A DNA stretch of 64,000 nucleotides, taken from the IMG/VR virus record IMGVR_UViG_3300034108_000145, positions 65,766-129,765 of that record; one strand, given 5' to 3'. Under the pieces are notes generated by a model that saw nothing but the letters and a program-made list of their open reading frames with translations, was not told the origin of the DNA and did not search any database. This stretch comes from a virus. Positions 8,105 to 16,295 of the stretch are shown here, in pieces (positions within the stretch are counted from its first letter, which is position 1; each line of letters begins with the position of its first letter). The translations under genes were made by a program, and so were the position numbers.

Positions 8105-8174
8105 AATCAGGTAGCTTAATGTAAAGCATCTAACGATTAATTAGAAGACGTGGGTTCGAGTCCCATCCTGGTTA
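8105..8174 (+). tRNA. Aberrant tRNA / pseudo-tRNA (nominal anticodon ATT)
   Basis: AATCAGG/CCTGGTT acceptor, GCTT/AAGC D-stem, TCTAA-CGATTAA-TTAGA anticodon arm, GTGGG-TTCGAGT-CCCAT T-arm; G33 instead of U33, no GG in the D-loop, no CCA. Confidence 0.7.
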
Positions 8175-8337
8175 CAAAACCGGCATTGTTAACTGTTTTA
8201 TGAGATTGGTGTTACTCATCTAGAAATCCTCCCTATAGAAGTGTCTGCAGCACCATATGTATAATTGGATTTAAACATTAACAATGCGGTTTTACCTTTT
8301 AAACTATTTACACATCACTTAAAAAAATTAATCCATC

Positions 8338-8499
8338 ATGGAAAAAACTTTAATTAGAGGAAAAAGATTCCATCTAAAATTCATCAAGAACACAGTATTA
8401 TTTGGCATTAGCTATGATAAGCCAGACTTATTCATAGCTTTCCTATTCTTTGTAGCAGAAATAACCTTCTCTAAAAGAAGAGGACCAAGAACCTTTTAA
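8338..8499 (+). CDS. Small hypothetical protein (53 aa, MEKTLIRGKRF...)
   Basis: Read manually; followed by a terminator-like hairpin. Confidence 0.55.
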   Translation: MEKTLIRGKRFHLKFIKNTVLFGISYDKPDLFIAFLFFVAEITFSKRRGPRTF

Positions 8500-8521
8500 G
8501 ATTTTCATAAGGCAAGCAAAA

Positions 8522-8556
8522 AGCTCCTGCGTTTCTACGTGGGGGCTCTATTTTTT
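8522..8556 (+). terminator. Terminator-like hairpin
   Basis: AGCTCCTGCGT-TTCT-ACGTGGGGGCT followed by a T run. Confidence 0.6.
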
Positions 8557-8576
8557 AATCCCTTAAATCAATCACA

Positions 8577-8687
8577 TTGAAAAAGTTATTAATCATTAGC
8601 ATTATTACTATGCTAGGAACAAGTTGTGCAGTTTATAACCCACAGCATCCACCTAAATACTATCGTTGTACGGTAGTAGTAAGATAA
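8577..8687 (+). CDS. Small putative lipoprotein (36 aa)
   Basis: TTG start; MKKLLIISIITMLGTS-C signal peptide and lipobox. Confidence 0.55.
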   Translation: MKKLLIISIITMLGTSCAVYNPQHPPKYYRCTVVVR

Positions 8688-8713
8688 TTTTCCACCCACA
8701 AAATTCATTTAAC

Positions 8714-9232
8714 ATGAAACAGTTTAAACTAACTAATCCATTCACTTGTGAAGATATCCAAGTGACTGTGAACATACGTCATTATAACAATGGACGTCCG
8801 GCAATTGAGTTATTAGAAATGGATCCAGATTATGGTCCTACACCTTACATGACTGCAAGTGTAAACTTACCAGATGTATTACTTCAACCTAATGAAGTTT
8901 TAATCAAGGATTACTCTGAGAATGAGGGCATTACAAACTTTTTACATAAACATAATATAGTTACACCAACTAATAATTGGGTTAGAAGCGGTTATGTAGA
9001 AGTACAAGTGTGTGTTCTTAATCCTGAATCAGAGTGGGGTATTACACCTGAGGTTTATTCATTAGATGAAGAACCTGAATACTTTGTAAAAGAGAATAAT
9101 ATTATGGATCCTATACCAGAAGAAATTAATATAGAAACTGGTAAATGTTTATGGACAATTAACGGGTATAAAATCTGGGCTGATGATTATAAACAAGCCA
9201 CAGAACTATTACCTATGATAGAATCATTCTAA
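8714..9232 (+). CDS. Hypothetical protein (DUF4313-like N-terminus)
   Basis: YNNGRPAIELL...PYMTASVNL...IKDYSENEGI...SGYV pattern; start reassigned to MKQF. Confidence 0.65.
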   Translation: MKQFKLTNPFTCEDIQVTVNIRHYNNGRPAIELLEMDPDYGPTPYMTASVNLPDVLLQPNEVLIKDYSENEGITNFLHKHNIVTPTNNWVRSGYVEVQVCVLNPESEWGITPEVYSLDEEPEYFVKENNIMDPIPEEINIETGKCLWTINGYKIWADDYKQATELLPMIESF

Positions 9233-9242
9233 ATAACAACTT

Positions 9243-9473
9243 ATGAAAGGTATAAACAAATTTGCAGTGGCTATAATAGCTGTTCTTCTATTATGTATAG
9301 CTGTCTCTTACTATAATGTATTAAAGCATTATAAATTACAACAGGTTGCTTATGATCTACCTGAGGAATTTAACACTGAGACTATATCACGTGATAGAAC
9401 TAAACCAACAGAAATGATGGTGGTGTATGATACACTTACAAACACCTACGTTTTTGAATTTATGGACAATTAA
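9243..9473 (+). CDS. Small membrane-anchored protein
   Basis: N-terminal TM helix. Confidence 0.65.
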   Translation: MKGINKFAVAIIAVLLLCIAVSYYNVLKHYKLQQVAYDLPEEFNTETISRDRTKPTEMMVVYDTLTNTYVFEFMDN

Positions 9474-9482
9474 AACTAGTAC

Positions 9483-9692
9483 ATGAAAAAGTTATTAGAA
9501 ATATTATTTAACGTTAAGCCTGCTGTTACAGTGGGCTTAACTTACATCTCTCGTAGAGAGCCAATGATAGTAACACCAGAGTTTCAACAATGGTGTACCC
9601 AGTTAAATGTATCGGTATTAGCAGACAAACGTTCTATTAATATACCTGTACTTATGGGTGATAATATTAAGTATGTTACATTACATACTTAA
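9483..9692 (+). CDS. Hypothetical protein
   Basis: 69-aa ORF in operon. Confidence 0.6.
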   Translation: MKKLLEILFNVKPAVTVGLTYISRREPMIVTPEFQQWCTQLNVSVLADKRSINIPVLMGDNIKYVTLHT

Positions 9693-9974
9693 AAGACGGT
9701 GAAGCTAGCAGGAGCTAGTAGGGCACGCTCATGCTCAAATCTTGAAAACAGGTCTGATCAACCGTGAGCTGCTACAGATGATATGGCTGTCGTGACGGGG
9801 GCTTACGAAAAATAATTACTGCTTTGATTAACTTCATGTTAGTCAGTATGTTTTAGTAGTATATACAATACCGACACTAGCAGCTGAGCTGTCTAGAATT
9901 AGGAAACACCAATCATAATCAGTACGTTAAGCTGATTATTTTTTTAATTAATTAACTATTAAATATAAATAACT

Positions 9975-10586
9975 ATGTCTTTTAAAGATAGAAATTTTAA
10001 CCATGATGAAGATAACTTTCATCTGGCATTAGGTGTCAGTGATGAGACCAAGAACATTTGTAGAGAACGTATATTCTTTGCAATATTTAGTAACTCTTTA
10101 CAAGCAGATGAGTTATTTGATGATGTAGATGATATTCCAAAAGAGTTTCGTACAGTTACAGGTGATCTACAAAGATTACTTTCTATGATTACTAATCCTG
10201 TAGAGTATGAATACACTTTGTTAACTTTCATGATGTACCAGCGTATGGCCAAAGAAGTATATTCTGTGTACAGAAATACCAATGTGGAAAATGCAGAGTC
10301 ACGTGAAGAGAGAATTAAGATGGAAATCATCAGGAGTATTATGAAGCTTAAAGAATTAAAAGATCGTGAAGAATCTGGTTTAGAAGCTGATGAGGATGAT
10401 GTAGAAGTATTTACAAAAGAGAGCATCATGCAGCGTATAGGTTTGGTTAAGAAGAGTGGTTATAATTTTGATAAGTATTTATTACTTGTTAGAAACGATA
10501 ACAACACTACATCTTCTAAACAAAAGGGTTCAGATTTTGATATCAATGATCTTTTATCAGGATTATTTTCTAAGGATGATGAATAA
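9975..10586 (+). CDS. Hypothetical acidic protein
   Basis: 203-aa ORF followed by a terminator. Confidence 0.75.
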   Translation: MSFKDRNFNHDEDNFHLALGVSDETKNICRERIFFAIFSNSLQADELFDDVDDIPKEFRTVTGDLQRLLSMITNPVEYEYTLLTFMMYQRMAKEVYSVYRNTNVENAESREERIKMEIIRSIMKLKELKDREESGLEADEDDVEVFTKESIMQRIGLVKKSGYNFDKYLLLVRNDNNTTSSKQKGSDFDINDLLSGLFSKDDE

Positions 10587-10598
10587 GGGTTGGTAAAT

Positions 10599-10631
10599 AA
10601 GAGAGTCTATATTTTAGGCTCTCTTTTTTTT
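10599..10631 (+). terminator. Rho-independent terminator
   Basis: AAGAGAGTCTA/TAGGCTCTCTT stem followed by a T run. Confidence 0.7.
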
Positions 10632-10652
10632 ATTACTTACAATCAAATCACT

Positions 10653-10940
10653 ATGGCAGTTAGTAACTATAGATTAAAAGGTGGGTTTGGGCAGGTATCT
10701 AATGCAGTGATGAGAGACCCTAAAATCTCTATTAGAGACAAAGGTTTTTATTCTTACCTATGTACATACGCTAATAGTTCTACAAATGAACTGATTCTTA
10801 GTGTGAGTAGAATGACTGCGGAATTAGAAACTACAGAATCCACTATTAAGCGTTGTATTGATTCCCTCAAAAGTAAAGGTGTTATAGAAAGAGTGTATAT
10901 GGGAAAAGGTAGAACATGGAAGACAATCATATTAAAATAA
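10653..10940 (+). CDS. Helix-turn-helix protein (replication-initiator-like wHTH)
   Basis: VSNAVMRDPKISIRDKGFYSYL...STIKRCIDSLKSKGVI; start reassigned to MAVSNY. Confidence 0.7.
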   Translation: MAVSNYRLKGGFGQVSNAVMRDPKISIRDKGFYSYLCTYANSSTNELILSVSRMTAELETTESTIKRCIDSLKSKGVIERVYMGKGRTWKTIILK

Positions 10941-11329
10941 AGTCCTTAAGGCAAGTGGGACACGTGCACATATATTAGATGTACATACATGCAAATATAT
11001 GATTAAGTCCTTGTCTCCACGCCAGTCATTGACTGATTATTATAGATCCGAGTAAGTCAACGCTCTTCGAGCCGCATCGGCCTGTAATAATAGTCTTTAA
11101 AAAAGTCTGATCTCAGGAGCTACATAGCGTATTAACCATAATTACCAGGACAAGTGTGAAGCGAACAGTTTCCTTACTCAGTAGTACGACATGATGATAG
11201 AGCTCCGTCAAACGAACAGTAAACATAACTTATTAGCCGTGACCAAGGACAGCGTAGACCCATAAGAACTATGGAACCCTGAGATAGACTTTTAAACCAA
11301 CATCAGTTTATTCCTTAACAAAATAATAT

Positions 11330-12064
11330 ATGAAAGATTCAAAAAAAATTGGAAACATCTTCCAAACAAGTAATTATTCTCAGTTCAAGACAAGAGCTGA
11401 CAATAGACCAATTAACCAAGCCAACGTACAAAAGTTGGTTAAAAGCTTTGAAGTAATGGGTCAGAAAATCCCAATCAAAGTAGATTCTAAAATGCACGTA
11501 TTAGATGGTCAACACCGTTTAAAAGCATGTGCACACCTAAAGATTCCTGTAATATTCATCGTAGATGATGAATCAATGTCTACATCAGAAATAGCTCAGC
11601 TACAAGCTACAGCTACTAAATGGAACTATGCAGACTATGCACAAAGTTTCTCTACTGATGAGAATTTAGCAGATTATAGATTATACAGAACATTCTGTAG
11701 TACTTATTCAGAATTTCCACATAGTACAGCTATTCTTATGTTGGGTAACCAACGTGCAGCTGGTGGTAATGCACATGATGTCTTTATATCAGGTAGATTT
11801 AAAGTTAAAAGCTACAACAAAGCTAAAGAAGTTGCTGAAACTTTAAGAAGAATGTCTGTCTATTACAAAAACTACAACCGTAAAGGTTTTGTATCATCAG
11901 TTATTGTAATGATGAATCACAAAGATTTTAACGTAGATAGATTGTTTAGAAAGCTACCAAAGCGTTGTAAAGAGCTCCATGACTTCAGTAAAACTGAAGA
12001 TTATTTGGATACACTACAAGATATATACAATTGGAAAGAGACTAAGAAAGTATATTTCCATTAA
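11330..12064 (+). CDS. ParB/Srx-like N-terminal domain protein
   Basis: NRPINQANV..L..S...PIKV...VLDGQHRLKA. Confidence 0.75.
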   Translation: MKDSKKIGNIFQTSNYSQFKTRADNRPINQANVQKLVKSFEVMGQKIPIKVDSKMHVLDGQHRLKACAHLKIPVIFIVDDESMSTSEIAQLQATATKWNYADYAQSFSTDENLADYRLYRTFCSTYSEFPHSTAILMLGNQRAAGGNAHDVFISGRFKVKSYNKAKEVAETLRRMSVYYKNYNRKGFVSSVIVMMNHKDFNVDRLFRKLPKRCKELHDFSKTEDYLDTLQDIYNWKETKKVYFH

Positions 12065-12282
12065 GAGATTACTAGATTGAAGCCAGCACATAATAAAACC
12101 GAGTGCGTGATCATGTCCCATGTAACTTGTTATGTGGAGCCGTTATAAAGCCGGACATCTAGGAGCAGTTAACGAAAAAATACCACGTCTGGAAGCTACA
12201 TGTATATATCCGGGTAGCAGAAGCAGAATAAACAAACGGTAAATTTTTCCAGGTCTGAAACCGTATGAGTAGTTAATGAACT

Positions 12283-12330
12283 AGTAAAGGTGGTGAAGCT
12301 TGACATTGGTCTTCACCACCTCTTACTTTT
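12283..12330 (+). terminator. Terminator hairpin
   Basis: AGGTGGTGAAG/CTTCACCACCT stem with a T-rich tail. Confidence 0.65.
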
Positions 12331-12342
12331 AAATCAAACATT

Positions 12343-12618
12343 ATGGATAAGCATATGTTATTACTCTGTAGCTGTTATAGCTCAGAACATCAAATGATTA
12401 TACACCTAGATGAAGGTGGAGATTTGTTTCCTCCAGAAGCATTTGTTCATGTACATTTAGTAAGACGATCCTTTTGGTACCGTCTTGTATATGGAATTAA
12501 ATACATATTTGGATATAAATCTAAATATGGAGCATGGGATGAATTTATATTAGATAAAACTCATGCAAACTCACTTAGAGAAATAGCTAAACACTTAGAT
12601 GATGAAACAGTATACTAA
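12343..12618 (+). CDS. Hypothetical protein
   Basis: 91 aa with CSCYSSEH and FWYRL..GIKYIFGY...WDEF. Confidence 0.7.
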   Translation: MDKHMLLLCSCYSSEHQMIIHLDEGGDLFPPEAFVHVHLVRRSFWYRLVYGIKYIFGYKSKYGAWDEFILDKTHANSLREIAKHLDDETVY

Positions 12619-13165
12619 ACTGCCTATACCTGCTGATACAGCATGGGATACCAACAGAAAACCTAAATGGTTACGTGTTGTAAATTGGCGTATAAAAGAA
12701 TTTTTTAGATCAGTTAGCAACGTGATACGTTGGTTACCAATCATCTGGAAAGACAGAGATTGGGATGACTATTATATTACTAAACTCTTACAGAAGAAGA
12801 TAGAATTTCAAAGAGAGTATTTAGTTAAAGCTAATAGACACGAGCATGTAGATAGAGATAACTATTGGATGACAGTAGTTCTTAATCTTTTAGAGCGTAA
12901 GCATAACCAGTACTATCAAATGGAGAAGTTTAAATATGTAGTTATGGGTGATGAAGTCTTTTCTGACTATAAATCAGACACCTTAGAAGAATACATTAAG
13001 AAATATCCTAGTGCTGAAAGAGCTGCTAGAAAGAAATACTCTACATACTCTCACTTTAATGATAAAGATGCATTAGCACACTTTATGTGTTTTGTACGTC
13101 AACAGAAAGCTGATGACTTAATATTTGAGATTCTTAAAAGACATTCTGCCGAGTGGTGGGATTAA
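12599..13165 (+). CDS. Hypothetical phage protein
   Basis: 188 aa; WLPIIWKDRDWD and terminal WWD. Confidence 0.75.
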   Translation: MMKQYTKLPIPADTAWDTNRKPKWLRVVNWRIKEFFRSVSNVIRWLPIIWKDRDWDDYYITKLLQKKIEFQREYLVKANRHEHVDRDNYWMTVVLNLLERKHNQYYQMEKFKYVVMGDEVFSDYKSDTLEEYIKKYPSAERAARKKYSTYSHFNDKDALAHFMCFVRQQKADDLIFEILKRHSAEWWD

Positions 13166-13175
13166 ATAAAACTAT

Positions 13176-13721
13176 ATGACACAAGAACAGTTTATAGAAA
13201 TCAAGGAAGACTACATCCAAAATATGAAAGATATGTTATTAGAAACTGGTAACATACAACCAATGGTAACTGTTATTGGTGACCATTTAGAAGAAAACAA
13301 GCCTGCTCTTGTGCACATACCTCTTCCTGGAAAGATAGCTAACTCAGACCACGGCAAACAGATGTTTGTAGATGAAATGATACCAGAAATATCTAAAGAG
13401 ATTAGAAAGAAGTTTGAGATAAAAGCAATAGCTTGGGCATCAGAAGCTTGGATGCGTGAAGGGTTAAAAGAAAACTATGACCCAATAGTAGATGATTACA
13501 AGAAATTACCTATTAAGAAAGAAATCTTAATTATTAGCGTAGATACAGGAGTTGAAACAGAAAACTTTGTATACGAGATAATAAGAATGGCTGTATCACC
13601 TGAAGGTGACTTAGTAGAAACTATTGAACTTGTAGAATTACCTGAGTTAAGTAAGAAATTTGATGAAAATAGTGGTAGATTTGGTAACTTGTATACAAAG
13701 TTTACCAAGAGTATTAATTAG
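13176..13721 (+). CDS. Hypothetical protein
   Basis: 181-aa ORF with SEAW motif. Confidence 0.75.
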   Translation: MTQEQFIEIKEDYIQNMKDMLLETGNIQPMVTVIGDHLEENKPALVHIPLPGKIANSDHGKQMFVDEMIPEISKEIRKKFEIKAIAWASEAWMREGLKENYDPIVDDYKKLPIKKEILIISVDTGVETENFVYEIIRMAVSPEGDLVETIELVELPELSKKFDENSGRFGNLYTKFTKSIN

Positions 13722-13729
13722 TTTAAATT

Positions 13730-13906
13730 ATGTATATGTTAAAATGGATTAACAAGATTTTTCCTCACTTGAAAGTGAAAGAGCTAGAAGCCGAGAATCA
13801 AGAACTTAAAGAAAAGCTTGTGGAGCGGCAGGAAACTATCAACAAAACAAATGCATACTGGAAGAAAAAACTATATCAAAGTAATAAAAAACCTAAAGAG
13901 TCTTAA
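13730..13906 (+). CDS. Small coiled-coil protein (58 aa)
   Basis: Read manually: MYMLKWINKIFPHLKVKELEAENQELKEKL... Confidence 0.55.
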   Translation: MYMLKWINKIFPHLKVKELEAENQELKEKLVERQETINKTNAYWKKKLYQSNKKPKES

Positions 13907-13926
13907 GTTATAGCTCTATTATCCGT
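13906..13926 (-). repeat. 21-bp dispersed inverted repeat, copy B
   Basis: Reverse complement ACGGATAATAGAGCTATAACT; exact IHF consensus TATCAATGGTTTA nearby at 13956-13968. Confidence 0.7.
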
Positions 13927-13993
13927 ACTTTATAATATAGTTCTTTGCAATATAATATCAATGGTTTAGCTTTATACAGCTAACTATAGTAAT

Positions 13994-14257
13994 ATGTTGT
14001 ACCAATTGCCTAACGGAAGAGTTATAGAGATTAGTACAGAACAATACTTTGAGATGTCGGATGAAGAGTTAGAATACTTGATAGCATATAACTATGGTGA
14101 CACACTAGAAGATCCATGGTTTGGATCTGTTATAACAAGTAAATCTATTCCTCAACCAGATGAGACTCCAGAAGTATTACCTGATCTAACAGATATACCT
14201 CAAATAGATAAATTAACTGATTTAGATATAGATTATAACTATTCTGAAGATGATTAA
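13994..14257 (+). CDS. Acidic hypothetical protein
   Basis: 87-aa ORF followed by a terminator. Confidence 0.7.
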   Translation: MLYQLPNGRVIEISTEQYFEMSDEELEYLIAYNYGDTLEDPWFGSVITSKSIPQPDETPEVLPDLTDIPQIDKLTDLDIDYNYSEDD

Positions 14258-14280
14258 ATAATTTATTTTAAATAATTTAT

Positions 14281-14322
14281 ACCCCCAGTATCACCTTAAC
14301 CGGTGTGCTGGGGGTTTTTTTT
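14281..14322 (+). terminator. Rho-independent terminator
   Basis: ACCCCCAGTATCACC/GGTGTGCTGGGGGT stem followed by a T run. Confidence 0.8.
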
Positions 14323-14346
14323 ACAAATTACTAAAACAATAAATAT

Positions 14347-14829
14347 ATGACTAAAGTCGTAGTAACAGCTGACCAACTCGGAAATGTAGTTGGCGTATCA
14401 GCAAACAATCCTGAATATGGATATGTAAGAGTAGAACAAACAACTACTCAAATTAATGATCAAGGATGGCTAAGACCATCTAAGCGTTCAGCATTAATCA
14501 AGGGTCTTGTAAAAGATCTTATAGAAGCTGGATTTAAACAAGGTAAGGAATTACCAGGTAAGATTGTAGTGGTAGAATCTTTGACACCGTTCAACCAGGA
14601 TAATCCTGATCGTGATTTAAAGGTGGCAGGTACTACAGGTGTAATCTGTACTATTGATGATCAACCTATTTATCGTCAAGCATTTTATACAACTAATGAG
14701 AACAGTTATGACCAATTGATCACTCACAATAATACAGAGGAGATCAAAGAAGTTATAGCTGCACAACGTGCAATGACTAGTGGCTTACAAAGCTTAACGT
14801 CTCGCAAAGCTGCAGAAGCAAACTTATAA
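14347..14829 (+). CDS. Hypothetical protein (beta-rich, possibly OB-fold)
   Basis: 160 aa, flanked by terminators; fold is a guess. Confidence 0.7.
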   Translation: MTKVVVTADQLGNVVGVSANNPEYGYVRVEQTTTQINDQGWLRPSKRSALIKGLVKDLIEAGFKQGKELPGKIVVVESLTPFNQDNPDRDLKVAGTTGVICTIDDQPIYRQAFYTTNENSYDQLITHNNTEEIKEVIAAQRAMTSGLQSLTSRKAAEANL

Positions 14830-14832
14830 ATT

Positions 14833-14861
14833 AAGGGCCCAGTGTAAAAGCTGGGCCTTTT
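14833..14861 (+). terminator. Terminator hairpin
   Basis: GGCCCAG-TGTAAAAG-CTGGGCC-TTTT. Confidence 0.7.
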
Positions 14862-14889
14862 ATATTTACCCACCACAAAAAGCAGATTC

Positions 14890-15411
14890 ATGTCACACAA
14901 TCCAAACAAAGCCATTTCGGCTAACTCTAAAGGTATAGTTATATCTTTTAGAGATGCAAACAAGCATAAGTTTATAGCTTACGAATCTCCCGTAGTTAAA
15001 TCTATTCAGATTAACGGTACAGCTAAATACCAAAAGCTTGAAAGACCTGTATTCAACAAACCTCAGCAAAAGTTATATGCTGAAGTTATATATGGTCTAA
15101 ATGTATATACTCCTATACAACTAAAAGAACTTTCTAAAGAAAGACGGATTGAAATTTTAGAACGTTATAATAAAGCACAAGATGTACTTAATGAATGGAA
15201 GAAACAGATTGTTGACCATAAGATTAATACACTCTTAACTATATTATTTCCAAACTCAATTATGGCTAAGAAAATGTGTGAGATTCCTACCTATGATCGT
15301 CATCATAAGGATACACACACGTTTAAAGAGCTAGGATTAACAAAACACAAAATAGCTAACAAACTTATAGAAGTTGGCGTTTTACCAAACAATTTTTTTA
15401 ACTTAACTTAG
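14890..15411 (+). CDS. Hypothetical protein
   Basis: 173-aa ORF. Confidence 0.7.
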   Translation: MSHNPNKAISANSKGIVISFRDANKHKFIAYESPVVKSIQINGTAKYQKLERPVFNKPQQKLYAEVIYGLNVYTPIQLKELSKERRIEILERYNKAQDVLNEWKKQIVDHKINTLLTILFPNSIMAKKMCEIPTYDRHHKDTHTFKELGLTKHKIANKLIEVGVLPNNFFNLT

Positions 15412-15417
15412 TAGATT

Positions 15418-15648
15418 ATGCAATGTACTTTTGTAATTAATGGTGCAGCACAGTTAGTGTTGGTACCAGAAAATGAATTAGACAAACTCCTTTTAGATAA
15501 GGTGTTGGATGGCGGTAGCTATATTGAAGCTGAAAGAATCAGCCAACCTATTAGTATTTTAGGTAAACCTGTAACAGACAGTGTTATATTAAAAAGAAAA
15601 GTTCATTCATCTCAAACTAGTAAAGATGGGGATACAAGCGAAACTTAA
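15418..15648 (+). CDS. Hypothetical protein
   Basis: 76-aa ORF. Confidence 0.6.
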   Translation: MQCTFVINGAAQLVLVPENELDKLLLDKVLDGGSYIEAERISQPISILGKPVTDSVILKRKVHSSQTSKDGDTSET

Positions 15649-16012
15649 GATGTGTGCCGGCTGTAACGAGCCTAAACACATATGGAAGTCTCACGGTAAA
15701 GATAAATACTGTAAAGACTGCTGGTACAATATTGAGAAGCCAAAGTCTATAGCTCCTATGTCTAAAAAGATGAAGGAAACTGTAGATCAGTATTCTAAAA
15801 TACGTACTGCATACCTTATAGTAAATACTTTATGTAAAGCTAAACTAGCTGGTTGTACAGCAAATGCAACAGAAGTACATCATAAAGCAGGTAGAGGTAA
15901 GAACCATCTACGTATTGCTACATGGTTACCTGTGTGCAGAAACTGTCATACATGGATAGAACTCCATCCTAATGAAGCAAAAGAACTTGGATTATCAGAA
16001 AACCGATTATAA
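15626..16012 (+). CDS. HNH-type nuclease with N-terminal Zn finger
   Basis: CAGC..CKDC; C....C...ATEVHH...GR...VCRNCH..I..HP. Confidence 0.7.
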   Translation: MGIQAKLKMCAGCNEPKHIWKSHGKDKYCKDCWYNIEKPKSIAPMSKKMKETVDQYSKIRTAYLIVNTLCKAKLAGCTANATEVHHKAGRGKNHLRIATWLPVCRNCHTWIELHPNEAKELGLSENRL

Positions 16013-16013
16013 T

Positions 16014-16295
16014 ATGGAAAACAATTGGCAAGAAATAAGGGACAATTACAGAACAGCTGTAGTCCACTTTGCAAACAGATACAACGAACAAGTATCTGAA
16101 CACATTATAGATGTAATGATATCTGTAATGATGACTAGAGATAATGTTTTACAAGGCGGTAGCTTTGTACAAGCAGTAGTTGCTAACAACTTAAAAGAAA
16201 CTGTCAGTAGAGCTGACAATGAATGTGGTAAGCACATAAGACTCATTACACTATGTTGTAGTTTCTGTTATGTAGAATCAGAGATGTATGTCTAA
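16014..16295 (+). CDS. Hypothetical protein
   Basis: GGSFVQAVVANNL...RAD motif; start reassigned to MENNW. Confidence 0.6.
   Translation: MENNWQEIRDNYRTAVVHFANRYNEQVSEHIIDVMISVMMTRDNVLQGGSFVQAVVANNLKETVSRADNECGKHIRLITLCCSFCYVESEMYV

Noticed and set aside
13901-13929. Canonical dif site
   Set aside because: Only a XerC-like arm; no TTATGTTAAAT XerD arm at 6-bp spacing.
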